NCBI GenBank assembly: GCA_017435425.1
Contig: JAFSFC010000009.1
Coordinates: 10,050-74,049 of the forward strand
Direction: 5' to 3'
Length of the DNA: 64,000 nucleotides
DNA from: Ruminiclostridium sp.
GTDB lineage: Bacteria > Bacillota > Clostridia > Oscillospirales > Oscillospiraceae
How positions within the stretch are numbered: the stretch's first letter is position 1; every line of letters begins with the position of its first letter. The position numbers and the translations under genes are program-made. The notes below the pieces were generated by a model. That model saw nothing but the letters and a program-made list of their open reading frames with translations, was not told the DNA's origin and searched no databases. Shown in pieces: positions 1-8,404 of this stretch.

Positions 1-1390
1 CCAGGTGGGTGAGGATGAGCCGCTGCCAGTTCCGGTCCAGCAGGTCCTCCGAGCAGTTGGCGTCGAAGACCAGGCCCTGGCCCTGTTCCAGGGGTTCCAG
101 GAGCAGGTGGACCTCGGCGTAGTGGCGGAGGGGCTCAAAGTGGCCCACACCCTCCACGGTGTCAGCGATGGTCTCCTTGTACAGGATGCGGCCCTCGTCC
201 ACCTCCACCTCCACGTCGAACCGTTCGGCAATGAGGCTCTTGAGGACTTCGATCTGGACCTGGCCCATGAGCCGGGCGTGGATCTCCCGGGTCCGCTGGT
301 CCCAGAGGATGGAGAGCATGGGGTCCTCCTCCTCCAGGAGCCGGAGCTTGGGGAGCATCACCTGGGGGTCGCAGCCCTCGGGGAGGACCAGCCGGTAGGT
401 GAGGACGGGCTCTAAGAGGGGAGGGGCCGCCGGGGACTCGTACCCCAGTCCCTGGCCGGGGTAGGTCTGGGTGAGGCCGGTGAGGGCGCAGACCTGGCCG
501 GCCTTGGCCACCTCGATGGCGTCGAACTTGGCGCCCGAGTAGAGCCGCACCTGGGTGACCTTCTCTTCTACCGTGTCCTCCCCCCGGAGGGGATAGTATT
601 CCAGAGGAGAACGGACCTTCAGGGAGCCGCCGGTGACCTTCACGTAGGTCAGACGTCCCCCCTGGGGGTCCCGGGCGATCTTAAAGACCCGGGCACCGAA
701 ATCCTCGGGATAAACGGGATTTTCTGTAAACTCGGTGAGGCCCTGTAGGAAATCCTCCACGCCGTCCATCTTCAGGGCCGCCCCGAAGAAGACCGGGAAG
801 AGCTTGCCCAGGCGGATGAGGCCGGAGATGTCCCGGGTGGGGAGACTCCCCTCCTCCAGGTACTTGTCCAGGAGGGCCTCGTCCCGGAGGGCGATGGTCT
901 CTTCCCAGTCAGCCCCCCGGTGGGTGAAGTCCACGCAGCCCTCGTCCAGGTGCTTGCGCAGGTCGGCCATGAGCCGGGTGGTCCCGTTGGTGGGCAGGTC
1001 CATCTTGGTGACGAAGACAAAGGTGGGGATCTGGTTCCGCCGCAGGAGCCGCCACAGGGTCTCGGTGTGGGCCTGGACCCCATCGGTGCCGCTGATGACC
1101 AGGATGGCGTAGTCCAGCACCTGGAGGGTCCGCTCCATCTCGGCGGAGAAGTCCACATGGCCGGGGGTGTCCAGAAGGGTCACCGACAGGTCGGGGGTCT
1201 GGAAGATGGCCTGCTTGGAGAAGATGGTAATGCCCCGGGCTCGTTCCAGGGCGTGGGTATCTAAGTAGGAATCCCGGTGGTCCACCCGGCCCAGCTTCTG
1301 GATGGTGCCGGCGGCATAGAGAAGGGCCTCGGAGAGGGTGGTCTTGCCCGCGTCTACGTGGGCCAGGATCCCGATGACAAGTCGTTTCAT
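1..1390 (-). CDS. TetM/TetO-like translation-factor GTPase (EF-G/ribosomal protection superfamily), 3' end runs off the window
   Basis: Missing from the ORF track because it has no stop in the window. Manual translation from ATG at 1390 gives MKRLVIGILAHVDAGKTTLSE..RGITIFSK..LLDTPGHVDFSAEMERTLQVLD..FVTKMD (G1-G4). Later GHFEPLRHYAEVHLLLEP..CSEDLLDRNWQRLILTHL is typical of the clostridial TetM-like subfamily. Confidence 0.85.
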   Translation of the reverse strand, partial: MKRLVIGILAHVDAGKTTLSEALLYAAGTIQKLGRVDHRDSYLDTHALERARGITIFSKQAIFQTPDLSVTLLDTPGHVDFSAEMERTLQVLDYAILVISGTDGVQAHTETLWRLLRRNQIPTFVFVTKMDLPTNGTTRLMADLRKHLDEGCVDFTHRGADWEETIALRDEALLDKYLEEGSLPTRDISGLIRLGKLFPVFFGAALKMDGVEDFLQGLTEFTENPVYPEDFGARVFKIARDPQGGRLTYVKVTGGSLKVRSPLEYYPLRGEDTVEEKVTQVRLYSGAKFDAIEVAKAGQVCALTGLTQTYPGQGLGYESPAAPPLLEPVLTYRLVLPEGCDPQVMLPKLRLLEEEDPMLSILWDQRTREIHARLMGQVQIEVLKSLIAERFDVEVEVDEGRILYKETIADTVEGVGHFEPLRHYAEVHLLLEPLEQGQGLVFDANCSEDLLDRNWQRLILTHL

Positions 1391-1460
1391 AACAATCACC
1401 TCAGGGTAAGGTAATAAATCATTATACCATAAATCGAGGATTTGGGGAAGACGAGAAGTT

Positions 1461-1666
1461 TACAATCCCTCCGTCTCGCCTTACGGCGAGCCACCTCCCT
1501 TTACACAAGGGAGGCTGAGGCGAGTGCAAACCTCAAGGCTCCCTTGTGTAAAGGGCGCGACGCGTGAAGAAAACATGCCGGGGGCATGTTTTTAGCCAAA
1601 GCGGGAAGCAATCTATGATTGCGACCCGGGCCGAAGGCTGTCAGCGAAGCTGACTGAGGGATTGTA
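1461..1666. repeat. Intergenic palindromic repeat family M (tacaatccc...gggattgta), copy 1, with an internal ~70-bp insert
   Basis: Long imperfect terminal inverted arms; the same arms recur at 28623, 36366 and 52649. Confidence 0.85.
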
Positions 1667-1693
1667 GGCCCAAAGGGTCTGATCTGCTTGCGT

Positions 1694-1730
1694 AAAAAGA
1701 GCTGACTTCCCAAGGAAGTCAGCTCTTTTT
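1694..1730. terminator. Bidirectional intrinsic terminator
   Basis: aaaaagagctgacttcc-caa-ggaagtcagctcttttt, a perfect stem with A/T tails next to the DUF2974 stop. Confidence 0.8.
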
Positions 1731-1731
1731 C

Positions 1732-2835
1732 TTAAACGTCATGTTCTTTTCCGGGGCCGAGGCTCACCATAAGCCTTCCCAGGCAGGACCGGATCAGCCG
1801 CCGGGTGGGCTTGTCCAGGTTCCGATAGGCATGGGCGATGGCCTTGGCATTCTCCGGCACGTGTTCGGCAATGTCCGTGAGGGTGTGGGCATCGTTGGCC
1901 GAGAGCAGGTAGAAGATCAGCTCCACGAAGGCCTCCAGCTCCCAGGGGGCCAGAGACTCCAGCCATCGGTGGAGGGTGGCGGCGGACTTTCGGCCCAGCA
2001 CAGAACGGTGGGCCCGGTAGCGGAAGGCCGTCCCCCGGACCTCCCAGGTGAAGGGGTCGTGCTGGCCCTGGATCCCGGAGCCGTGGCTGTGGATCACCAG
2101 AAACTGGCCGGTGGGGTGCAGGAGGGTCCCCACGATGGAGGACTGGGGCACGTACACGTCGATCTTGTGGAGCTGGTTCCGGTAGGCCTTGCTGCTGGTG
2201 AGGTCCCGGGCAAAGCCGGGGCCGTCGAAGCTGTCCACCAGGTGGATCCGGGCCCGGACCAGGGGAGGGGCCTGGATGGCGGCCCACACGGCCAGGTTAC
2301 CCCCCTTGGAGTGGCCCCCCAGGCGGAGCTTGCCGGGGAGCTTTCCGGCCACCTGGATGATATACTCTGCCGCCAGCTCCTGGCCGCGGACAGGGAAGTG
2401 GTAGGCCATGGAGAAGGACTCCTTCCAGCCCACCAGGGTGTCATCGGTCCCCCGGAAGGCCAGGTAATTGGTGCCGTCGGGGAGCAGGTAAGTGAGGGCG
2501 GCGAACTGGCAGTCCCGGGCCTCGTCCAGGATGCTCACATAGCATCCCAACCGTACCCGGCCGTACCGGGGAGCCCGGGCGGCCTTCAGCAGGAGCTCCG
2601 GGATCCGGGCGGCCATCACCGGGCCGGTGGCGGCCCAGTCTTCCTTCTGGGTGAGCCGCTGGATCCCCTGGTGCAGGGGGAGAGTCTCTTCGCTATCCAT
2701 CCCCGGCAGGATGCCGTCAAAGTCCCCGTAGACACACATGGACAGGATGAGGCTGTCGATCTCATTGAAGGGGACCAGAGAGAGGGGGAGCCGCCCGTAG
2801 GTGTTCAAATAATCCAGGCAGTTTTTGTAGGACAT
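1732..2835 (-). CDS. DUF2974 (Mbeg1-like) alpha/beta-hydrolase, putative lipase
   Basis: FNEIDSLILS, AFRGTDDTLVGWKE, GHSKGGNLA (GxSxG) and DGPGF motifs. Confidence 0.8.
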   Translation of the reverse strand: MSYKNCLDYLNTYGRLPLSLVPFNEIDSLILSMCVYGDFDGILPGMDSEETLPLHQGIQRLTQKEDWAATGPVMAARIPELLLKAARAPRYGRVRLGCYVSILDEARDCQFAALTYLLPDGTNYLAFRGTDDTLVGWKESFSMAYHFPVRGQELAAEYIIQVAGKLPGKLRLGGHSKGGNLAVWAAIQAPPLVRARIHLVDSFDGPGFARDLTSSKAYRNQLHKIDVYVPQSSIVGTLLHPTGQFLVIHSHGSGIQGQHDPFTWEVRGTAFRYRAHRSVLGRKSAATLHRWLESLAPWELEAFVELIFYLLSANDAHTLTDIAEHVPENAKAIAHAYRNLDKPTRRLIRSCLGRLMVSLGPGKEHDV

Positions 2836-2853
2836 AGGCGCACCTCTCAGGTC

Positions 2854-3453
2854 TTAATATCCCAGTTCCTCGCCGATGATGACCACTTCGCACTCCTTCA
2901 CGCCCCCCATCTTGTGCCACAGGACGGTGAGGCCGTTGCAGATGCGCTCGGGGCTCTTGCAGTCGTAGCACTTCATGTCTTCCTTCAGGGCGCATGGGGT
3001 CTGACGGTTCAGGCGGCGGGCGTTCAGAGGGGCGGCGATGTTCCGGGCCCGCCACAGAGCCTGGTCGTAGTCGGGGGCGATCTTGTTGACCCCGGCAATG
3101 AGGATCACCCGCTCCCGGTCGTAAAGGGTGGCGGCGATGCGGTTGCCGGTGCCGTCTATGTTGATGAGCTCGCCGGTCTCAGCGATACCGTTGACGCTGG
3201 AGAGATAGACCTGGGCGGCGGCCGCCTGGGCCAGGGTGTCCGGGCCGGGGACCTCCCAGTGCCAGGCTACCTGATTGTTCTCCTTCAGCCGTTCATAGAG
3301 GCCCATGGACTTGATGGTCATGGACCCGCCGATGCCCACGGTCTTGCCCTGAATGGAGCCCGCCAGATAGTCGGCGGCCTGTTGGGCGGTGTTGAAATAG
3401 CGATAGGTGAAGCCCTTGGCTTCCAGGTTTTTCTGCAGCAGTTCCAGGTTCAT
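2854..3453 (-). CDS. Lactate utilization (LUD domain) protein
   Basis: GIGGSMTI, SSVNGIAETGELINIDGTGNR, RARNIAAPLNARRL, C-x7-C-x2-C-x6-C motif. Start at ATG 3453 after a GGAGG RBS. Confidence 0.8.
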   Translation of the reverse strand: MNLELLQKNLEAKGFTYRYFNTAQQAADYLAGSIQGKTVGIGGSMTIKSMGLYERLKENNQVAWHWEVPGPDTLAQAAAAQVYLSSVNGIAETGELINIDGTGNRIAATLYDRERVILIAGVNKIAPDYDQALWRARNIAAPLNARRLNRQTPCALKEDMKCYDCKSPERICNGLTVLWHKMGGVKECEVVIIGEELGY

Positions 3454-3549
3454 ATCTGGACCTCCTTGTTGAATTTGGTAGGTTGATTTTACCATAAGAA
3501 AAGGGGGTTGTAAAGGCGGGGCCGGCAAGCCTTTTCCGACAGGCTAAGC

Positions 3550-3579
3550 AAAAGACCTCCCGGGATGGGGAGGTCTTTT
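3550..3579 (-). terminator. Intrinsic terminator downstream of citrate synthase
   Basis: aaaagacctcc...ggaggtctttt hairpin. Confidence 0.7.
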
Positions 3580-3617
3580 GCCATGAAGAAGTGAAGGATG
3601 GAGATAAGGACAGAGCG

Positions 3618-4937
3618 TCATTTCTGAACGCTCATGTAAGCAGGGCGAATGATTTTGCCTGCGCCCACCAGCTCTTCCAGCCGGTGGGCGCTCCAGCCCA
3701 CGATGCGGGCGGTGGCAAAGAGAGGGGTATATAGCTCAAGGGGGATCCCCAAAAGCTCGTAGAGGAAGCCGCTGTAGAAGTCCACGTTGGGGCTGACCTC
3801 CTTGCGGCCGGGGCGGCTCTCGGCCAGAAGAGCCGGTGCCAGATCGGCGATGTTCCGGAAGAGGATCAGGTCCTCCTCCCGGCCCTTGGCCCGGGCCAGC
3901 TTGCCGGTAACGGCCCCCAGGAGCTGGGCCCTGGGGTCCGACAGGGAGTAAACCGCATGGCCCATGCCGTAGATGAGACCGGACCTGTCAAAGGCCTGGC
4001 CTGCCAGGAGTTTTCGCAGATAGTTCTCGGTGGCCGACCGGTCGGTCCAGTCGGAGACATTGTCCTTCAGGTCCTGGATCATCTCCATGACCTTCAGGTT
4101 GGCCCCGCCATGTCGGTGGCCCTTCAGGGAGGACAGGGCAGCGGCCATGGCGGCGTAGGTGTCCGACCCGGCGGAGGTCACCAGCCGGGTGGTGAAGGTA
4201 GAGTTGTTGCCCCCGCCGTGCTCCATGTGGAGAATGAGGGCCAGATCCAGGGCCTTGGCCTCCAGGGGGGTATAGGACTGGTCCGGCCGGAGCATCCGCA
4301 GGAAGTTTTCTGCCGTGGACAGGTCGGGGTCGGGCCGGTGGATATACATGCTCTCGCCCTTTTCGTAGTGGTTATAGGCGTGGTACCCATAGACTGCCAG
4401 CATGGGAAACTCGGCAATGAGGCGGATGCACTGGCGCAGGCTGTTGGCCAGACCGGGGGCCTGGGCCTGGGGGTCGTAGTTGGCCAGGGTGAGGACGGAA
4501 CGGGTCATGGAATTCATGATATCCCTGGAGGGGGCCTTCATGATCACGTCCCGGGTGAAGTTGGTGGGAAGGGTCCGGCAGGAGCCCAGGATGGACCGGA
4601 ATTCAGCCTCTTCCTCCTGGGCAGGCATCTGACCAAAGAGGAGGAGGTAGGCCATTGGCTCAAAGCCCAGTTCCTTGGGCCCCAAGCCGTTGATCAGTTC
4701 CCGGATGTTATGGCCTCGGTAGCAGAGCTGACCGTGACAGGGGACCCGTTTTCCGCCCTGGTCCTGAAAGGCCACAATACTGGAGATCCGGGTCAGGCCC
4801 GTGAGGACACCCACCCCGTTGGCATCCCGAAGACCCCGGTTTACCCCGTACTCTGCATAGAGGGCATCGGGGATCACATCGTTTTCCAGACACAGGGGGA
4901 CCTGGGCCTGGGCGTATTCCTCAAGGCGTGCGTCCAT
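3618..4937 (-). CDS. gltA: Citrate synthase family protein
   Basis: EHGGGNNSTF, HGGAN, GMGHAVY and NVDFYSG catalytic motifs intact. Start MDARLEE with a GGAGG RBS. Confidence 0.88.
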   Translation of the reverse strand: MDARLEEYAQAQVPLCLENDVIPDALYAEYGVNRGLRDANGVGVLTGLTRISSIVAFQDQGGKRVPCHGQLCYRGHNIRELINGLGPKELGFEPMAYLLLFGQMPAQEEEAEFRSILGSCRTLPTNFTRDVIMKAPSRDIMNSMTRSVLTLANYDPQAQAPGLANSLRQCIRLIAEFPMLAVYGYHAYNHYEKGESMYIHRPDPDLSTAENFLRMLRPDQSYTPLEAKALDLALILHMEHGGGNNSTFTTRLVTSAGSDTYAAMAAALSSLKGHRHGGANLKVMEMIQDLKDNVSDWTDRSATENYLRKLLAGQAFDRSGLIYGMGHAVYSLSDPRAQLLGAVTGKLARAKGREEDLILFRNIADLAPALLAESRPGRKEVSPNVDFYSGFLYELLGIPLELYTPLFATARIVGWSAHRLEELVGAGKIIRPAYMSVQK

Positions 4938-5382
4938 TTTGTCCGTCCTCCTTCCAGGCCTGCGCCCACATGACCTGTTCCAGAGCGGCGGCCTCACCGG
5001 CCAGCTGGAGGAAGCGGTCCTGGCCAAATTCCCGGACCACCGTCTGGAAAAAGTCGGAGAGGTAGGCTTTCTGTTCCAGAGCCGGGGCGAGGGCGTCCTT
5101 GTTCAGGACCAGATAGGTGCCATCCTGGCCCCTGTCATCATGGGTCCACCGAACGTATCCTTTGGATTGGAGGTTTCGGGCCAGCTGGGATACCTGGGGC
5201 ATTGGGATGCGGAAGTGGGAAGCCAGATCCTTCAGGTAGAGTTTTTCCTGTTCGGTCTCCCGACTGTATTTGACCAAAAGACTCAGGGCAGCATAGTCCA
5301 CGGGGGAGATGTTCTGAAACAGGATCTCCAAAAGATCCCGCCGCAGAAAGGGGGCCAGCCTTTGGGGATCATAAGGGGTCAT
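4921..5382 (-). CDS. MarR-family winged-helix regulator, overlaps the gltA start
   Basis: LKDLASHFRIPMPQVSQLARNLQSKGYVRWTHDDRGQDGTYLVL wHTH pattern. An alternative start at 5394 is possible. Confidence 0.7.
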   Translation of the reverse strand: MTPYDPQRLAPFLRRDLLEILFQNISPVDYAALSLLVKYSRETEQEKLYLKDLASHFRIPMPQVSQLARNLQSKGYVRWTHDDRGQDGTYLVLNKDALAPALEQKAYLSDFFQTVVREFGQDRFLQLAGEAAALEQVMWAQAWKEDGQNGRTP

Positions 5383-5421
5383 TTCGTGGGTCAAAGGAAG
5401 TCACCTCGTAAGATGTGGATT

Positions 5422-5436
5422 GCTAATATCGTTAGC
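5422..5436. promoter_or_regulatory. Candidate MarR operator 1 (GCTAATATCGTTAGC)
   Basis: Imperfect palindrome; its reverse complement matches 5931-5945 at 14 of 15 positions. Confidence 0.55.
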
Positions 5437-5476
5437 TTTCCAGGGAGAAAAAAGGCCGCCGAAGGGCAGCGGTCTT

Positions 5477-5908
5477 TTAATTCTCCCGGGAGGCGTTGGC
5501 CAGGATCTTTCGTTGGAGGCGAAGATATTCTCTGGCATCTTCAGGCCCCAGGGCCTCCAGCATCCGGGATACCGATTCAATGGCACGGAGATGAATCTGT
5601 TGGATGACCTGTTGGCCCTCGGGCAGGAGGGTGACGATGACCTGCCTATTGTCCCGGGGATCAGGAGACCGGGCAATGAGCTGCTTTTCCTCCATGCGGC
5701 CAAGAAGGGCGGCGATGCGGGCGGTACTCACCAGCATGGTTTTGCTCAGCTCCCGGGGATGGGCAGTGGAGTGGTGCGTGAGAAGATAAAAAAGAACGGA
5801 TCGTTCCCCTTGTGTGAGGCGGGAAAGGTGCTGCTTGGCCGGGATCTGAAGAAGGTGGGTGTTCAGGACCAGCAACTCCGCGGCCAGTTCATCGTAAAGG
5901 GTTTCCAT
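5477..5908 (-). CDS. MarR-family regulator
   Basis: HPRELSKTMLVSTARIAALLGRMEEKQLIARSPDPRDNRQVIVTL. Confidence 0.85.
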   Translation of the reverse strand: METLYDELAAELLVLNTHLLQIPAKQHLSRLTQGERSVLFYLLTHHSTAHPRELSKTMLVSTARIAALLGRMEEKQLIARSPDPRDNRQVIVTLLPEGQQVIQQIHLRAIESVSRMLEALGPEDAREYLRLQRKILANASREN

Positions 5909-5930
5909 GGGAGCCCTCCAATTCTTAAAA

Positions 5931-5945
5931 GCTAACGATATTAGT
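5931..5945. promoter_or_regulatory. Candidate MarR operator 2 (GCTAACGATATTAGT)
   Basis: Same palindrome as 5422-5436, upstream of the second marR gene. Confidence 0.55.
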
Positions 5946-6044
5946 AATATAGCAGGCGGAAAGGCCTCTGTCAAGGCCAGGGCAGGAACTTTGAACAGAT
6001 GGAGAAAGGTGTGATAGGAACCCCAAAAGCAAGCCTTTTCCGAG

Positions 6045-6290
6045 GCGCGCCACCGGCTGGCGCGCGGGGCCGTGGGATGAAACCTGCGCTGCCGCGTGCC
6101 CAGCTGGTGGGCACGCCGTCACCCACCTGGGACAAAGGGCCGCAGGCCAGGTAATGCAAAGGGTATGCCTGACAAGGTCTGCACCAACCTCAACCGGGTC
6201 CAGGGCAGAGCCCTGGTGCTCTTTCCCCCGACTTTCTCCAGAGAAAGCCGGGCCCTGCCGGAGGCATTCCAACAACGCAGCAGGGTATGC
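6045..6290 (+). repeat. Intergenic multi-hairpin repeat family C, copy 1
   Basis: gcgcgccaccggctggcgcgc / gcgtgcccagctggtgggcacgc / gggtccagggcagagccctggtgctcttt / ctttctccagagaaag modules shared with 25755 and 32053. Confidence 0.85.
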
Positions 6291-6296
6291 CCACGT

Positions 6297-6330
6297 AAAA
6301 AAGGAACGGTGCTTCGGCACCGTTCCTTTT
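6297..6330. terminator. Intrinsic terminator after the Na/Pi cotransporter
   Basis: aaaaaaggaacggtgc-ttcg-gcaccgttcctttt. Confidence 0.85.
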
Positions 6331-6338
6331 CATAACAC

Positions 6339-8132
6339 TTAATCGCACTTGCAGTCCTGCTCCACCGGCAGAGCATACCGATGGGTGTAGGCCTCGTGGT
6401 AGAGGTCGAAGCTGTGGTGGCGGACCTCCTTGAGGCTGGTGATGTAGGCGTGGGGGTCGAATTCCTCCGACTGGGTCTCGATGAGGCCCAGGCCGATATT
6501 GGAGCAGTGATCGGAGATCCGCTCGTAGTTGGTGATGAGGTCGTTGAACACGAAGCCCTGGTCCAGGGTGCAGATGCCCTGGCGGAGACGGGACACGTGG
6601 TTGAGCTTCAGCTGGTCGCACAGGGTGTCGATGACGTCTTCCAGGGGCTCGATCCGGTAGGCCAGATCCAGGTCGTTGTTGATGAAGGCGGTGAAGGCGT
6701 TGTGGGTGATCTCGTTGACGGCATCAAACATGACCCGCAGCTCCTTCTGGGCGGCCTCGGAGAACTGGATGCCCTTTTCGTGGATCTCCTGGGCGGCCTC
6801 GGCAATGTTCATGGCGTGGTCGGAGATGCGCTCCACGTCGCCGATGGTGTGCAGGTACTTGGTGACCTCCTTGGTCTGGGCCTCGGTGAGCTCGTTGGCG
6901 GTAATCTTCACCAGGTAGCTGCCCAGCTTGTCCTCGTACTTGTCGATGACGTCCTCACGCTGTTCGATGAGGTGGTAGGCCTTGTCGCTGTAATTGCCGA
7001 TGAGGTAGAAGGCGTCTTCCAGGTTGGCCTTGGCCTCGGAGGCCATGTTGTGGATGGCCTCCCGGCTGTGCTCGATGGCCACAGCGGGGTGCTCGATGAA
7101 GCGGGCTTCCAGACGGGCGAAGTCCTGCTCCTCGGGGCCGGCTTCCTTGTCGTCCTTGAACAGGGTGCAGACGATCCACTCGATGACGCCGATGCAGGGG
7201 GTCAGAACCACCACGGTGGCAAAGCGGAAGATGGTGTTCAGGGCGGCGATGGTCACCATGGTCATGGGCATGGACATAAAGGAGAAGTCCATCACCATGT
7301 TCACGGCGTAGAAGAGGATGCTCCAGATGACAGCGCCCAGACCGTCGGTAAAGAGGTAGACAAAGGCGGCCCGCTTGCCGTTGACGTTGGCCCCCAGAGA
7401 GGACAGCAGCACGGGCATGGAGGCGCCGATGGCGATACCCATGACCAGGGGGAAGGCCACGGCGAAGGTGATGGCGCCGGTGGAGGCCAGGGCCTGGAGG
7501 ATACCGATGGCGGCGGAGGCGCTCTGGAGGACACAGGTGAACAGGGTGCCCACCAGGATGCCCAGAATGGGATTGGAGAACTTGGTCAGCAGGTCCAGGA
7601 AGAAGGGGCTGTCCCGCAGGGGGGAGACGGCGCCGCTCATGGCGGACATGCCGAACATCAGGATGGCAAAGCCCATAAGGATGTCGCCCACATGGTTGTG
7701 GAGCTGCTTCTTGGAGAACATCCGCAGGATGACGCCGATGACCGCCACCACACCGGTAAGGGTGGAGGTGGAGAAGAGGGAGACCCAGCCGGAGCCGCCT
7801 TCCAGGGCGGACAGGCAGATGATCCAGCCGGTGACCGAGGTGCCGATGATGGCGCCCATGATGACACCGATGGCCTGGCGGACCTTCATCATGCCGGAGT
7901 TGACAAAGCCCACGCACATGACCGAGGTGGCCGAGGAGGACTGAATGATGGAGGTGACGCCGGTACCCAGGAGGATGCCCTTGATGGCGTTGCCGGAGAG
8001 TTTGTAGAGGACCATCTCCATCTTGCTGCCGGCCACCTTCTTCAGGCCGTCCCCCATGAGGGTCATGCCGAAGAGGAAGAGGGCCACGCCGCTGAGGAGT
8101 TCGATGACGTTGGAAATACCCGTGGTAACCAC
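6339..8132 (-). CDS. Na/Pi cotransporter family protein with C-terminal PhoU domains
   Basis: Two QSSSA/QSASA motifs, GAIIGT/GIAIGAS, C-terminal ERISDHA and ERISDHC PhoU repeats. Start uncertain (GTG 8132 or ACG 8123). Confidence 0.9.
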   Translation of the reverse strand: MVTTGISNVIELLSGVALFLFGMTLMGDGLKKVAGSKMEMVLYKLSGNAIKGILLGTGVTSIIQSSSATSVMCVGFVNSGMMKVRQAIGVIMGAIIGTSVTGWIICLSALEGGSGWVSLFSTSTLTGVVAVIGVILRMFSKKQLHNHVGDILMGFAILMFGMSAMSGAVSPLRDSPFFLDLLTKFSNPILGILVGTLFTCVLQSASAAIGILQALASTGAITFAVAFPLVMGIAIGASMPVLLSSLGANVNGKRAAFVYLFTDGLGAVIWSILFYAVNMVMDFSFMSMPMTMVTIAALNTIFRFATVVVLTPCIGVIEWIVCTLFKDDKEAGPEEQDFARLEARFIEHPAVAIEHSREAIHNMASEAKANLEDAFYLIGNYSDKAYHLIEQREDVIDKYEDKLGSYLVKITANELTEAQTKEVTKYLHTIGDVERISDHAMNIAEAAQEIHEKGIQFSEAAQKELRVMFDAVNEITHNAFTAFINNDLDLAYRIEPLEDVIDTLCDQLKLNHVSRLRQGICTLDQGFVFNDLITNYERISDHCSNIGLGLIETQSEEFDPHAYITSLKEVRHHSFDLYHEAYTHRYALPVEQDCKCD

Positions 8133-8404
8133 GCTCCTTTGGTAGATTTGGAAGGGGTTTCGATATTACACTACCTTATAGTATACACCATCTTCGACAA
8201 AAGTCCATGATTTTGTAAAATGAATGTAAAATTAAATGTTGAGTTGCAAAATTCTGGTAAACCGTGATCCCGGCGCGTTGCGGACGTACCACCGGCAGGA
8301 TTCTCCAACGCCGGCTCCACCGGAGGCGCAAACCCACGCTGGGTTCTACCGCCCTCTTTTCCTGCGTATATCTGTTCTATCAGACCACCAGAAGGAGAAT
8401 ATGT

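Noticed and set aside
5-415. Many long opposite-strand ORFs in the track (e.g. 5-415, 1741-3486, 6381-8210, 15630-18116, 36432-39983, 60898-63063)
   Set aside because: They are antisense shadows of real high-GC genes: no RBS, no recognisable motifs, and they fully overlap well-supported CDSs.
1501-1713. Short ORFs inside intergenic repeats (e.g. 1501-1713, 5925-6376, 25693-26101, 31852-32357, 55362-56090)
   Set aside because: They lie wholly within palindromic repeat families and lack RBS and codon bias; similar peptides recur only because the repeats recur.
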